From Dehalococcoidia bacterium (GTDB taxonomy: Bacteria; Chloroflexota; Dehalococcoidia; Lucifugimonadales; Lucifugimonadaceae), in assembly GCA_046583455.1 (NCBI GenBank), contig JAYGCG010000094.1, positions 2,121 to 66,120 on the forward strand: 64,000 nt of DNA. The letters are read 5' to 3'. The notes below the pieces were generated by a model. It saw nothing but the letters and a program-made list of their open reading frames with translations. It had not been told where the DNA came from and made no database searches. The position numbers and the translations under genes are program-made. Below, piece after piece: positions 9,212 to 18,336 of this stretch (the first letter of the stretch is position 1; every line of letters starts with the position of its first letter).

Positions 9212-11459
9212 CGCATTGACCGGAGAAGAGTCGACGACCTCATCTGTGTACGGACGCCCGACGGCATCGATCGCGGGCGTAACCGTTCGCGGCCGATGGG
9301 AAAGCGGTCGCTGGGTCGAGATCGTTCCGACAGGTGATGGTGATTGGCCAGAGACCGGCCCTCTGGATTCAGGACCAGAACTCGAGGAGTCGCCGCCCGT
9401 AAGAGGGGGCGGTTGGCGACGCGACCTGCCGTTCCGATGGGAGTTCGGCGCATATCTTGCGCTGATCCTGGTCGCACTTGCGATGCGGCTGTACGACCTG
9501 GGAGGCCGAGCGGTCCATCATGACGAGAGTCTCCACGGCTACTTCTCGTGGTTGCTTTTCAACGGATCTGGTTACACGCACGATCCGCTTATGCACGGCC
9601 CGTTCCTGTTTCACATCACGGCGGGGTCCTTCTTCCTCTTCGGCGACAACGAGTTCAGCCTCAGGCTTGCTCCGGCGTTATTTGGCGCCGTGCTGACCCT
9701 CACGCCGCTGTTGCTCCGGAAACGTCTTGGCAACGTATCAGCGTTGCTCATCGCGGGGATGCTGGCGTTTTCGCCTTCGCTGCTCTACTTCAGCCGCTTC
9801 GCCCGCAACGACATCTTTGTTGCGGTGTGGACGGTCCTGCTTGTGGCGATGGTTTGGCGCTACATGGACGACCGCAAACACCGATATATTTATTTCACAG
9901 CGGCACTCGTTGCACTGGGTTTCGCCACCAAGGAAACGCAGTTCATAGTTGTGGCAGTGGTCGCGATACCGTCGCTCGTCATGGCACGCTCGGATGTGCT
10001 CGGCTGGATCTGGGGCCGGCGGAAGATATCTGAATGGAACCCGGCCGGCGGGATGCTGGTCGTTATCGTGACCTTGACCCTGCCGATGATCGGTGCAGCG
10101 TCCGGTCTGCTCCAGGGCGCACTTGGCCTCACACTTGCCAACGATGACGTTTCTACGGGACTGCCTCTTGGCGTCGCTGATGGGACAGGCGAGATTGTCG
10201 CCATGGCGATCACGGCATTTCTCATAACTGTCGCCGTCGTGATCGGTGTGATGTGGAATCGACGGGTGTGGCTCATCGGGTTTGCTATAGCGGCGAGCAT
10301 TTTCGTTGTGCTCTACAGTTCGATATTTACGAACTGGGGCGGGCTCGCATCCGGCCTATGGCAGGGCCTCGGTTACTGGGTGGCGCAGCAGGACGTGGCA
10401 CGCGGCGGACAGCCTGACTACTACTACGTGATGCTGACCAGCGTGTACGAATTCCTTCCGGCGACGATAGGCCTGGTAGCGGCCGTTTATTACGCCTTCA
10501 AGGGCGACGTGTTTACCCGATTTCTCGCGTACTGGCCGCTGGCGACGTTCGCCGCTTACTCGGTGGCGGGCGAGAAGATGCCGTGGCTGGAAGCTCAGGT
10601 GGTTCTGCCATTTATATTCCTGGCCGGGAAGGCGCTCGGAGACCTCCTGACCGCCCTTCACTGGAAGCCGTCACTATCGCGCGGCGGATACTACGTCTTC
10701 GCCGGCGTGCCGATCGCTGTGATCGTTTTGTGGAGATTGATCTTCCTGAACGACGGCCAGCCGGGACTTGGCGGTCTTGGAGTGGGTGCCGGCGCTGTGG
10801 TGCTTTTTGGCGTTCTGGCGCTGTTGGTGGTGGGATTGTTCTGGCTTACACGCCGTATCGGCTCACGCCAGGCGTTCGGACTCACCGGCGTGGCTGTTGT
10901 CGGGTTGATGGCGATACTCACCGTGAGGACGGGCTGGGTGGCGACCTACCAGGACCCGGATGTCCCGACCGAGCTTCTTATTTACACCCAGACATCGCCT
11001 GCGCTCGCAGATCTGGCACAGGAAATAGAAGCGGCGGCGAGCCTTACCCGTAAGGGTGAGGGCATGAAGGTCATTATTGACGGCGCCAGCGGCTTTACCT
11101 GGCCCTGGACCTGGTACCTGCGTGACTATACCGATGTCTCTTATACGAACCTGGGATTTGCTCGTCCGGAAGGGCCAAGTGACGCGTATGTGGCGATCGT
11201 TCACACACGTAACGAAAACATCGCAAAACCCGCCACTGGAGAAGGCTTCACTGAGGGGCGTAGATTCCCTCACCGTCAGTGGTTCCCGGAGACGTACAAG
11301 CGGACGACCTGGAGCCAGTTCTTCAATACGCTGGTACGCCCGAATCGGTGGCAAAACGCGTTGAACTTCTTCGTGTACCGAGAGATGTCGCAGCCGATCG
11401 GCTCCGAGGACGCGTTTGTCTACTTCGACGACAGCATCCCGCTTAGAGCGCTGGAATGA
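9192..11459 (+). CDS. Large polytopic membrane protein, ArnT/PMT-like GT-C fold (TIGR03663-like)
   Basis: Many TM helices. The 'VHHDESLHGYFSW' loop after the first TM is, from memory, typical of the TIGR03663 family that accompanies YYY-domain proteins. Start uncertain (TTG 9192/9198/9216 or GTG 9243). Confidence 0.55.
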   Translation: MTLAGVNALTGEESTTSSVYGRPTASIAGVTVRGRWESGRWVEIVPTGDGDWPETGPLDSGPELEESPPVRGGGWRRDLPFRWEFGAYLALILVALAMRLYDLGGRAVHHDESLHGYFSWLLFNGSGYTHDPLMHGPFLFHITAGSFFLFGDNEFSLRLAPALFGAVLTLTPLLLRKRLGNVSALLIAGMLAFSPSLLYFSRFARNDIFVAVWTVLLVAMVWRYMDDRKHRYIYFTAALVALGFATKETQFIVVAVVAIPSLVMARSDVLGWIWGRRKISEWNPAGGMLVVIVTLTLPMIGAASGLLQGALGLTLANDDVSTGLPLGVADGTGEIVAMAITAFLITVAVVIGVMWNRRVWLIGFAIAASIFVVLYSSIFTNWGGLASGLWQGLGYWVAQQDVARGGQPDYYYVMLTSVYEFLPATIGLVAAVYYAFKGDVFTRFLAYWPLATFAAYSVAGEKMPWLEAQVVLPFIFLAGKALGDLLTALHWKPSLSRGGYYVFAGVPIAVIVLWRLIFLNDGQPGLGGLGVGAGAVVLFGVLALLVVGLFWLTRRIGSRQAFGLTGVAVVGLMAILTVRTGWVATYQDPDVPTELLIYTQTSPALADLAQEIEAAASLTRKGEGMKVIIDGASGFTWPWTWYLRDYTDVSYTNLGFARPEGPSDAYVAIVHTRNENIAKPATGEGFTEGRRFPHRQWFPETYKRTTWSQFFNTLVRPNRWQNALNFFVYREMSQPIGSEDAFVYFDDSIPLRALE

Positions 11460-11544
11460 CGATCGGTCCGTACACGGAACAGGCATCAATATGGGATCGG
11501 ACACGCGGCCAGTCGGGCAGCCAATCGGACAGTAGAATAAGTCG

Positions 11545-12648
11545 GTGATCTCCCAGCGAAGTGTGTGGGCCGGGCTCGTAGTTAGCGTAGCCTTCCTCAC
11601 GGTATTTGCGCTCCTGTTTCTTCCGATAGACGACGTGAAAGAAGTCGTGCGTGAGGCCAACTTCTGGTACGTCGCCCCATCGCTCCTCTTCTACCTCGCC
11701 GCCGTCTACTTTCGCAGCCTGCGCTGGCGGTACCTGCTCAAGCCCCTGATCGGGCGCCCCAAACGGGCGTTGTTCCCGGTGGTGGTGGTTGGCTATATGG
11801 CTAACAACATCCTGCCAGTGCGGCTGGGTGAAGTCATCCGGTCGTACTACGTGGGACTGCGAGAAGGGGTCAACCCGGCATCTGCGTTTGGCACGGTCGC
11901 AGTCGAGCGAGTGTTCGACGTGTTCGTGTTGTTCTTCGTCATTGCGGCGGTTTGGGTGTTGCCAGTGGGCGATCTGCTTGGGCGCGTCGCTGACGACCTG
12001 CCCGGCGGTACGCCGGTGTTGTTGGCGCTTTCCGTGCTCCCGTTCATAGGGGTCACTGCGATAATCGTAGTAATCGTCGTACTTGATCCCGCTACGACGG
12101 TCCGGCTGATCGCGCGGATGATGTTTTTCGTGCCAGCCGGGATCAAGGAGAAACTCCTCGGCCTTGCCGGTCGGCTCCTTGAGGGCCTGACCGTCGTGAG
12201 GACGCCGAGGGCTCTGGTCGCTGTGCTCCTTCTGTCTCTTCCGATCTGGGCGGCCGAAGTGTCGATGCTGTACGTGATAGCACTCGGATTCGATATCGAT
12301 TCTGCTTTCGGAGGGCGTGTAGAGATGATCGCTGCGATCAGCCTGTTTATGGCGATCGCCAACCTGGCTCTGGTGGTTCCATCGACGGCCGGTGGCGTGG
12401 GGCCGTTCAACTTTTTTGGCGCAGCAACGCTCGTCGCGCTCGGCATAAACGAGGCGGAGGCGGGCGCGTACGTTTTGACGGCGCACATAGCCTTGTTGCT
12501 GCCGGTCACGTTGTTGGGCCTGGTCGTTCTCCTGCTTGATCACACCTCTCTGAAATCGCTCCTGGGGCGAACCCGGCTGGCACAGCAGGGTAAAGGAGGC
12601 GACGATTTGACCGATAACCCTCCTATTCCAACGAAATCGTCTACATAA
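11545..12648 (+). CDS. Flippase-like / lysylphosphatidylglycerol-synthase-TM (UPF0104) family membrane protein
   Basis: 'YFRSLRWRYLL' and 'GYMANNILPVRLGEVIRSYY' family motifs; 8 or more hydrophobic segments. Confidence 0.7.
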   Translation: MISQRSVWAGLVVSVAFLTVFALLFLPIDDVKEVVREANFWYVAPSLLFYLAAVYFRSLRWRYLLKPLIGRPKRALFPVVVVGYMANNILPVRLGEVIRSYYVGLREGVNPASAFGTVAVERVFDVFVLFFVIAAVWVLPVGDLLGRVADDLPGGTPVLLALSVLPFIGVTAIIVVIVVLDPATTVRLIARMMFFVPAGIKEKLLGLAGRLLEGLTVVRTPRALVAVLLLSLPIWAAEVSMLYVIALGFDIDSAFGGRVEMIAAISLFMAIANLALVVPSTAGGVGPFNFFGAATLVALGINEAEAGAYVLTAHIALLLPVTLLGLVVLLLDHTSLKSLLGRTRLAQQGKGGDDLTDNPPIPTKSST

Positions 12649-12711
12649 AAGGCGCTCCTGCGGAGTCGGTCGTATTCCAGAACACATGTACACAAAAATG
12701 AAAGTAAATAG

Positions 12712-14022
12712 ATGCGAATAGGTGTGATAGGCGCAGGCGCGGCGGGACTTGCGGCGGCATACGATTTCGCCAGAGCGGGCCACGGCGTCACCGTCTACGA
12801 GGCCGCGCCATTCGTTGGCGGACAGGCGTCGACCATCGAGGTCGGAGGCGGGCGGCTGGAACGCGGGTATCACCATCTGTTCACCAACGACAGCGCCATC
12901 CTTGGCCTGATGGATGAACTGGGCATCGGCGAATCGATGCGGTGGATACCCTCCAGTGTTGGCATTTACACAGACCACAAGGTGTATCGCTGGAGCACGC
13001 CGATAGACCTGCTGAGGTTCAGCGCACTGTCCTTTCGTGATCGGATTCGCATGGGGATGGTCGCCAAGAAACTCCAGCGCATGAAAGATTGGCGGGCGCT
13101 GGAAGACACCACGGCCGCTGAATGGATCCGAGAGAACGCCGGGGCGTCGATCTACTCAAAGGTCTGGGAGCCGCTTCTACGTGGCAAGTTCGGTGACCGA
13201 TTCGAAAGCGTCGGCATGCCCTGGTTCTGGAGCAAGATCCAGACCAGGTTCGCATCTCGTGATCGACTAGGCCGGGAGAAGCTCGGGTACCCGGTAAACA
13301 GCTTCGACGAGGTTTTTGAAACCCTTGAGGATCGCATCAAATCCATGGGGGGAAAGGTTCATCTCGAAACCCCAGTAACCCGTGTGCTGGTCGAGGACGG
13401 TACGGCGACGGGATTAAGGGTCAAATACCCGGATGGCGCCGAGACTGAAGAAAGCTTTGACCTTGTCCTGTCCACCGTCCCTTCCTTCGTGTTTCCCGGG
13501 ATGGTGGATCTGCCCGAGACTTATCTGAAGAAGTTGGGCGCGGTTGAGTACATGGGCGCCGTGGTCATGATCCTTGAGATGACGCACCCACTGACGTCCG
13601 TTTACTGGATGAACATCGCCGATCACGAGGTGCCGTTTCTGGGTCTGATCGAGCACACAAACCTGATGCCAAAAGAGTTGTACGGCGGCAGCAACGTCCT
13701 GTACCTGACCAACTACGTCGAGCGCCAGAGTGAGCTCTTCCTGATGTCAGACGAAGAACTGCTTGATGTGTACGCCCCGTGGCTGCCGCGATTTAACAGT
13801 GAGTTTGATCGATCATGGATCACTCGCGTCCACGTGAACCGGGTGAGCGCCGCCCAGCCGGTAATCGGCACGAACTACTCGCAGCACATTCCGGAGCACC
13901 AGACGCCCATTTCAAAGCTGTTCCTGGCGAATACGACGCAGATCTATCCGGAGGACCGAGGTACGAACTACAGCATTCGCATGGGGCGAGAGGTCGCCGC
14001 GACGATGTTGCGGGGTGTCTGA
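12712..14022 (+). CDS. NAD(P)/FAD-dependent oxidoreductase (amine-oxidase / phytoene-desaturase-like fold)
   Basis: N-terminal dinucleotide-binding motif 'RIGVIGAGAAGLAAAYDFARAGHGVTVYEA..FVGGQA'. Confidence 0.7.
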   Translation: MRIGVIGAGAAGLAAAYDFARAGHGVTVYEAAPFVGGQASTIEVGGGRLERGYHHLFTNDSAILGLMDELGIGESMRWIPSSVGIYTDHKVYRWSTPIDLLRFSALSFRDRIRMGMVAKKLQRMKDWRALEDTTAAEWIRENAGASIYSKVWEPLLRGKFGDRFESVGMPWFWSKIQTRFASRDRLGREKLGYPVNSFDEVFETLEDRIKSMGGKVHLETPVTRVLVEDGTATGLRVKYPDGAETEESFDLVLSTVPSFVFPGMVDLPETYLKKLGAVEYMGAVVMILEMTHPLTSVYWMNIADHEVPFLGLIEHTNLMPKELYGGSNVLYLTNYVERQSELFLMSDEELLDVYAPWLPRFNSEFDRSWITRVHVNRVSAAQPVIGTNYSQHIPEHQTPISKLFLANTTQIYPEDRGTNYSIRMGREVAATMLRGV

Positions 14023-14167
14023 AGCGAATCACCCCTCTCGACGGTGTAAAAATAGCCCGTTATGGAAATGACCCTGTGCTAGACTCCGGCGGCTTTTCCG
14101 GGTTTATTTGGGACCATTTGTTGTCCCCTGATTTCAAACAAGAACCAACTCACTGAGAGGACGTTCC

Positions 14168-14956
14168 ATGGGCAAATTGGACGGCAAGGTCGCCCTTATT
14201 ACGGGAGCCGGAACCGGGATTGGGCGTTGTGCTGCGTTGATGTTCGCCGCAGAAGGCGCTGAGCTCGTGATCGCAGGGCGGCGACAGGCGCCGCTGGATG
14301 ATGTGGTCGCAGAGATCACGGCATCCGGCGGGAAGATCACCGCCAAGACGACGGACATGGAAGTCCAGGAAGACATCGAGGCACTTGCGGCATATGCGCT
14401 TGAGAAGCACGGCCGGGTCGACATCCTCGTCAACAACGCCGGGCACAGCTCCAAGGTCCGAAGCGTTCGTTGGATCTCCCGTGAGGAGTTTGACAGCGTA
14501 TACGCCGTGAATGCGGCGGGACCTGCTCAGCTGACCAGGCTGCTCCTCCCGCCCATGCTTGAGTGTGGAGAGGGCACTGTGATCCTCGTGTCGTCGATGG
14601 CTGCGCTTCGAGGTGGACTGCTCGGTGGCGTCGCGTACGGGCCGGCGAAAGCGGCCGCCAAGATGTACATGGACAACCTGCGGACAGAGCTGCGCCAGAG
14701 TGGGATTCGGGCCACCACGATCTACCCGGCCGAAGTGGACACCCCCATATTGAACAACCGCCCGCTCGTGCCGGACGCCGAAGCTCGTTCAACGATGATG
14801 CTTCCGGAAGACATCGCAGAGGGCATCCTGCTTGCCGCGACGCTCCCGGCGCGCACGATGATCGACGACATCACCTTCACGCCAACAATCCAGCGAGACA
14901 CGACCAAAGACATAGCGGTCGCGCGCATGGCCGGCGCACCGGAAGGCGCGGTCTAA
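14168..14956 (+). CDS. Short-chain dehydrogenase/reductase (SDR)
   Basis: 'GKVALITGAGTGIGR' cofactor motif, 'NNAG', 'YGPAKAA' catalytic YxxxK. Confidence 0.85.
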   Translation: MGKLDGKVALITGAGTGIGRCAALMFAAEGAELVIAGRRQAPLDDVVAEITASGGKITAKTTDMEVQEDIEALAAYALEKHGRVDILVNNAGHSSKVRSVRWISREEFDSVYAVNAAGPAQLTRLLLPPMLECGEGTVILVSSMAALRGGLLGGVAYGPAKAAAKMYMDNLRTELRQSGIRATTIYPAEVDTPILNNRPLVPDAEARSTMMLPEDIAEGILLAATLPARTMIDDITFTPTIQRDTTKDIAVARMAGAPEGAV

Positions 14957-14996
14957 ATCGTTCTCGCGGTATCCCCGCTGGAGCGCTTGCCGATAG

Positions 14997-15836
14997 GTGA
15001 ACTTGATGTCTGGAACGGATAAAAACGAACTCCGATCCCGGCTTGAGTTCGCCGTCGGAGCCGCACGGGCGGCGGGCGAACACGCGCATGGATACTTCCA
15101 GTCGACCGATCTCGTGATTGACCGTAAGTCGGACGCGTCTCCCGTGACTCGTGCCGATCGCGAGGCCGAGCAGCTGATGCGGACAAGCCTGGGCGAATCG
15201 TTCCCGGACGACGCGATCCTCGGGGAAGAGTTCGGGGAGCAGTCCGGCAGCACCGGGTATCGGTGGTACCTGGACCCGCTGGACGGCACGAAGTCGTTCA
15301 TCAGGGGTGTTCCCCTATGGGGAACCACGATCGGGCTAGAGCTAGACGGACAACCCGTCGCCGGAGTGGTCGCATTTCCGGGGCTTAATGAGATCGTCTG
15401 GGCGGGTTCCGGCCTCGGCGCATGGTGGGCGAACCGTGTTTCCCCACTTCAGGAGGGCGAAACGCTTCCAGACGAAGTGCGCCCGGCGCGTGTTTCAGAT
15501 GTGTCCAATATCGCTGACGCTTTCATGTCTTCTACCTCCGTTAAAGGCTTCGACAAGGAAGGGACATTCGACGGTTACGACCGGCTACGTAAGGTGGTAT
15601 CCGAAGATCGCGGTTGGGGCGACTGTTACGGCTACCTGCTCGTGGCGACGGGCCGTATCGATATCCACATAGACCCCCAGATGAACATCTGGGACGTTGC
15701 GCCGATGCCGACGATCATCGAAGAGGCTGGCGGCAGGGCCACCGACCGGGATGGCAAGCGAGGCATTGACCTTGAAAACTTTGTCGCCACGAATGGCAAG
15801 CTTCATGACAGGGTGCTGAAGTTGTTGATCGGATGA
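14997..15836 (+). CDS. Inositol monophosphatase family protein (IMPase / HisN-like)
   Basis: 'WYLDPLDGTKSF' and 'WDVAPMPTIIEEAGG' family motifs. ATG 15006 is an alternative start. Confidence 0.8.
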   Translation: MNLMSGTDKNELRSRLEFAVGAARAAGEHAHGYFQSTDLVIDRKSDASPVTRADREAEQLMRTSLGESFPDDAILGEEFGEQSGSTGYRWYLDPLDGTKSFIRGVPLWGTTIGLELDGQPVAGVVAFPGLNEIVWAGSGLGAWWANRVSPLQEGETLPDEVRPARVSDVSNIADAFMSSTSVKGFDKEGTFDGYDRLRKVVSEDRGWGDCYGYLLVATGRIDIHIDPQMNIWDVAPMPTIIEEAGGRATDRDGKRGIDLENFVATNGKLHDRVLKLLIG

Positions 15837-15898
15837 CTAAGGCTGTGACGTACTCCCCGGCCCCACATCCAGTACCCGGGAATACGCGTATCCGCCGA

Positions 15899-15927
15899 TT
15901 GCTGGCTACGAACGGCCCTGCTATATT
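15899..15927 (+). promoter_or_regulatory. Sigma70-like promoter candidate upstream of the nuoE-like gene
   Basis: TTGCTG, a 17-nt spacer, then TATATT, about 48 nt upstream of the TTG start at 15976. Hexamer match only. Confidence 0.3.
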
Positions 15928-15975
15928 TGTGATGTTCGTATCAAAGTCAATTTTTTCCAAATCGAGGAGCCACGC

Positions 15976-16482
15976 TTGAGCGACGGAATAACGTCCGCCA
16001 GCGACGAGTTGCCCTCCAGTGATGAACTGAGAGATCGGTCACGAAAGGCGCTGCAATCCCAGCAGCAGCCCACGGTCACCGTGCTCTCTTCACTGCTCGC
16101 AGTCCAGGATGACCTCCATTACATCCCGGATGAGGCCATAGAAGAGACCGCCACGCACGTGAAATCCACCATCAACGATGTGTGGAGTGTTGCGTCGTTC
16201 TACACGAATTTCAGATTCACGCCGCCGGGAGATCACACGATAGACGTGTGCTGGGGTCCGTCTTGCCACCTGAACGGCGCTCAGGATGTGATAAATAGAG
16301 TTCATTCCGAGCTCGGGGTGACAGAAGAAGGCGAGACGGCCGACGGTAAATTGACACTTCGGTATAGCACTTGCCTCGGAGCCTGCGCTCTTGCGCCGGT
16401 GATAGCGGTGGACCATCACATGAAGGGCCGCATGTCGCCCGATTCGGCGGCGGCGCTCGTTGGCAAGCTGAAGGGCGCTTAG
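15976..16482 (+). CDS. NuoE/FdsG/HoxE-type thioredoxin-like [2Fe-2S] subunit
   Basis: 'CWGPSCHLNG' and 'CLGACALAPV' cluster-binding motifs. Confidence 0.8.
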   Translation: MSDGITSASDELPSSDELRDRSRKALQSQQQPTVTVLSSLLAVQDDLHYIPDEAIEETATHVKSTINDVWSVASFYTNFRFTPPGDHTIDVCWGPSCHLNGAQDVINRVHSELGVTEEGETADGKLTLRYSTCLGACALAPVIAVDHHMKGRMSPDSAAALVGKLKGA

Positions 16483-16543
16483 TGAGAAACTCCTCCCTGA
16501 CCCAAACCCAGACCCAGACGCGGGCAGACCGAAGTAGGGCCGT

Positions 16544-18262
16544 ATGTCTGTAGTTTTCTCTGAACTGCGCCAGAAGGCTGACGCCGAGTGGGTCTCACTG
16601 ACCGCGGGTGACAGGCCGTGGGTCAGGGTCGGCCTGGGCACCTCGGGGGAGGCAGCCGGAGCAGAGGAAGCCTACGACGCATTAACCGAAGCGCTTGGCT
16701 CGGACGCCAACGTGACACTGGTCGGGTCTATGGGGCTCTGCTACGCCGAGCCACTTATCGACGTTCAACTGCCCGGTGGGGCACGTGTCTTCTACGCAAA
16801 CCTCGGCGCAGATGAGGTAGCCGACGTTATTGGCGGCCACATCAAATCCGGCCGGGCCAACGCCGATCGGGCGTTCGCTTGGCATGGCGACGAACGTCCG
16901 GAAGGCCTCGGCGCGGTCACCCGTCTTTCTGAGCTACCTACAGTCCGCGTTCAGACCCGGCTGGCGACGAAACTAGCCGGCGATATTGATCCACGAGACC
17001 TGTCTCAATACATCGCAAACGGCGGATACAGCGCGCTTGAAAAGGCTCTTGAGGATATGGACCCGGCGGGAGTGCTGGACGAGGTCAAAAACTCTGGCCT
17101 GCGGGGCAGGGGAGGGGCCGCATTCCCGACCGGCGTCAAATGGGGATTCCTCGCACCCAATCCGGCGCCCGTGAAGTACATCCTCTGCAACTGTGAAGAG
17201 GGCGACCCCGGAGCATTTAACGACAAGGGCATTCTTGAGAGTTGCCCGCATACCCTGCTTGAGGGGTTGATCCTGGCCGGGTATGCCACCAACTCCTCAA
17301 ACGGCTTCATCTTCATCCGGCAGGGCCACTCTCTTCCGATAGAGAACTCACGGAAGGCCGTGCAGGACGCTTACGCGGCAGGGCTTCTCGGGCAGAACAT
17401 CCTCGGCAGCGATTTCAGCTACGAGGTCGAGATCGCGCTTACGGGTGACTCGTACGTAGCGGGGGAAGAAACTGCGTTGATGGAGGCCATCGAGGGCAAG
17501 CGCTCGATGCCTCGTTACCGGCCGCCGTTCCCCGCCGCCGAGGGGCTATGGGGCAAGCCGAGCAACATCAACAACGTCAAGACGTTGGCCTACGCTCCGA
17601 CGATCATTCAGAACGGCGCCGATGCCTTCAAGAGTATCGGAATCGAATCTACCTCCGGCACTGCGATCCTCTGTATTACCGGAGCGGTGAACAGGCCGGG
17701 GATGTACGAGATTCCAATGGGGTCTCTTACAATTCGTGAGGTCGTCGAGGAGGTGGCGGGCGGCATTAAAGACGGCAAGAAGATGAAGTTGTTCCAGGCT
17801 GGCGGACCCCTGTTCGGGCCGATCGGCGAGGAAGGCTTTGACACTCCAATTGACTTCGATTCGATCAACCAGACCACCGGCAGCCTCGGCTCCGGCGGCA
17901 TCATCATCGGCGACGAAGACGTATGCGCCGTTAACCTGACCCGAAACCTTATGGCGTTCAACCAGTTCGAATCATGCGGCAAGTGCTTCCCATGTCGCCT
18001 CGGCATGACGCACATGGTCGAGACCCTGGAACGAATCTCGCAGAATGTGGGTAGGGAAGACGATCTGGCTCTTATGGAACGGATGGGCGCCAGCATGCGA
18101 ATGGGTTCCCTTTGTGGGCATGGACAGCTTGGCTACAATCCGGTTGCATCCGCACTCAAGTATTTTGAAGCAGATTTCCGGTCCCACATGGACAACAAGA
18201 AATGCCCGACGGGCGCGTGCGGCGACGGACAGATGGTGACCCCGAGCCGGACGAGGCCTTAA
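16544..18262 (+). CDS. NuoF/FdsB-type NAD(H)-binding FMN, 4Fe-4S subunit
   Basis: 'GLRGRGGAAFPTGVKW' and 'CNCEEGDPGAF' NADH/FMN site; 'ESCGKCFPCRLG' 4Fe-4S motif. Confidence 0.85.
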   Translation: MSVVFSELRQKADAEWVSLTAGDRPWVRVGLGTSGEAAGAEEAYDALTEALGSDANVTLVGSMGLCYAEPLIDVQLPGGARVFYANLGADEVADVIGGHIKSGRANADRAFAWHGDERPEGLGAVTRLSELPTVRVQTRLATKLAGDIDPRDLSQYIANGGYSALEKALEDMDPAGVLDEVKNSGLRGRGGAAFPTGVKWGFLAPNPAPVKYILCNCEEGDPGAFNDKGILESCPHTLLEGLILAGYATNSSNGFIFIRQGHSLPIENSRKAVQDAYAAGLLGQNILGSDFSYEVEIALTGDSYVAGEETALMEAIEGKRSMPRYRPPFPAAEGLWGKPSNINNVKTLAYAPTIIQNGADAFKSIGIESTSGTAILCITGAVNRPGMYEIPMGSLTIREVVEEVAGGIKDGKKMKLFQAGGPLFGPIGEEGFDTPIDFDSINQTTGSLGSGGIIIGDEDVCAVNLTRNLMAFNQFESCGKCFPCRLGMTHMVETLERISQNVGREDDLALMERMGASMRMGSLCGHGQLGYNPVASALKYFEADFRSHMDNKKCPTGACGDGQMVTPSRTRP

Positions 18263-18336
18263 ACGAAATAGCCGCCAGTTGAATGGCGGCGAACGAAAGT
18301 TCATTCGAAAAACGAATTCCCAGGAGACTGCGCCGC

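Noticed and set aside
11443-12978. 511-aa minus-strand ORF
   Set aside because: It is antisense to the flippase-like membrane protein. It is extremely rich in Arg/His/Gln/Asp ('RDRQQQGYVRRQNVRARLR') and has no domain signature. The same reasoning applies to 10863..11660(-), 32056..32832(-), 58993..59802(+) and 63242..63886(-).
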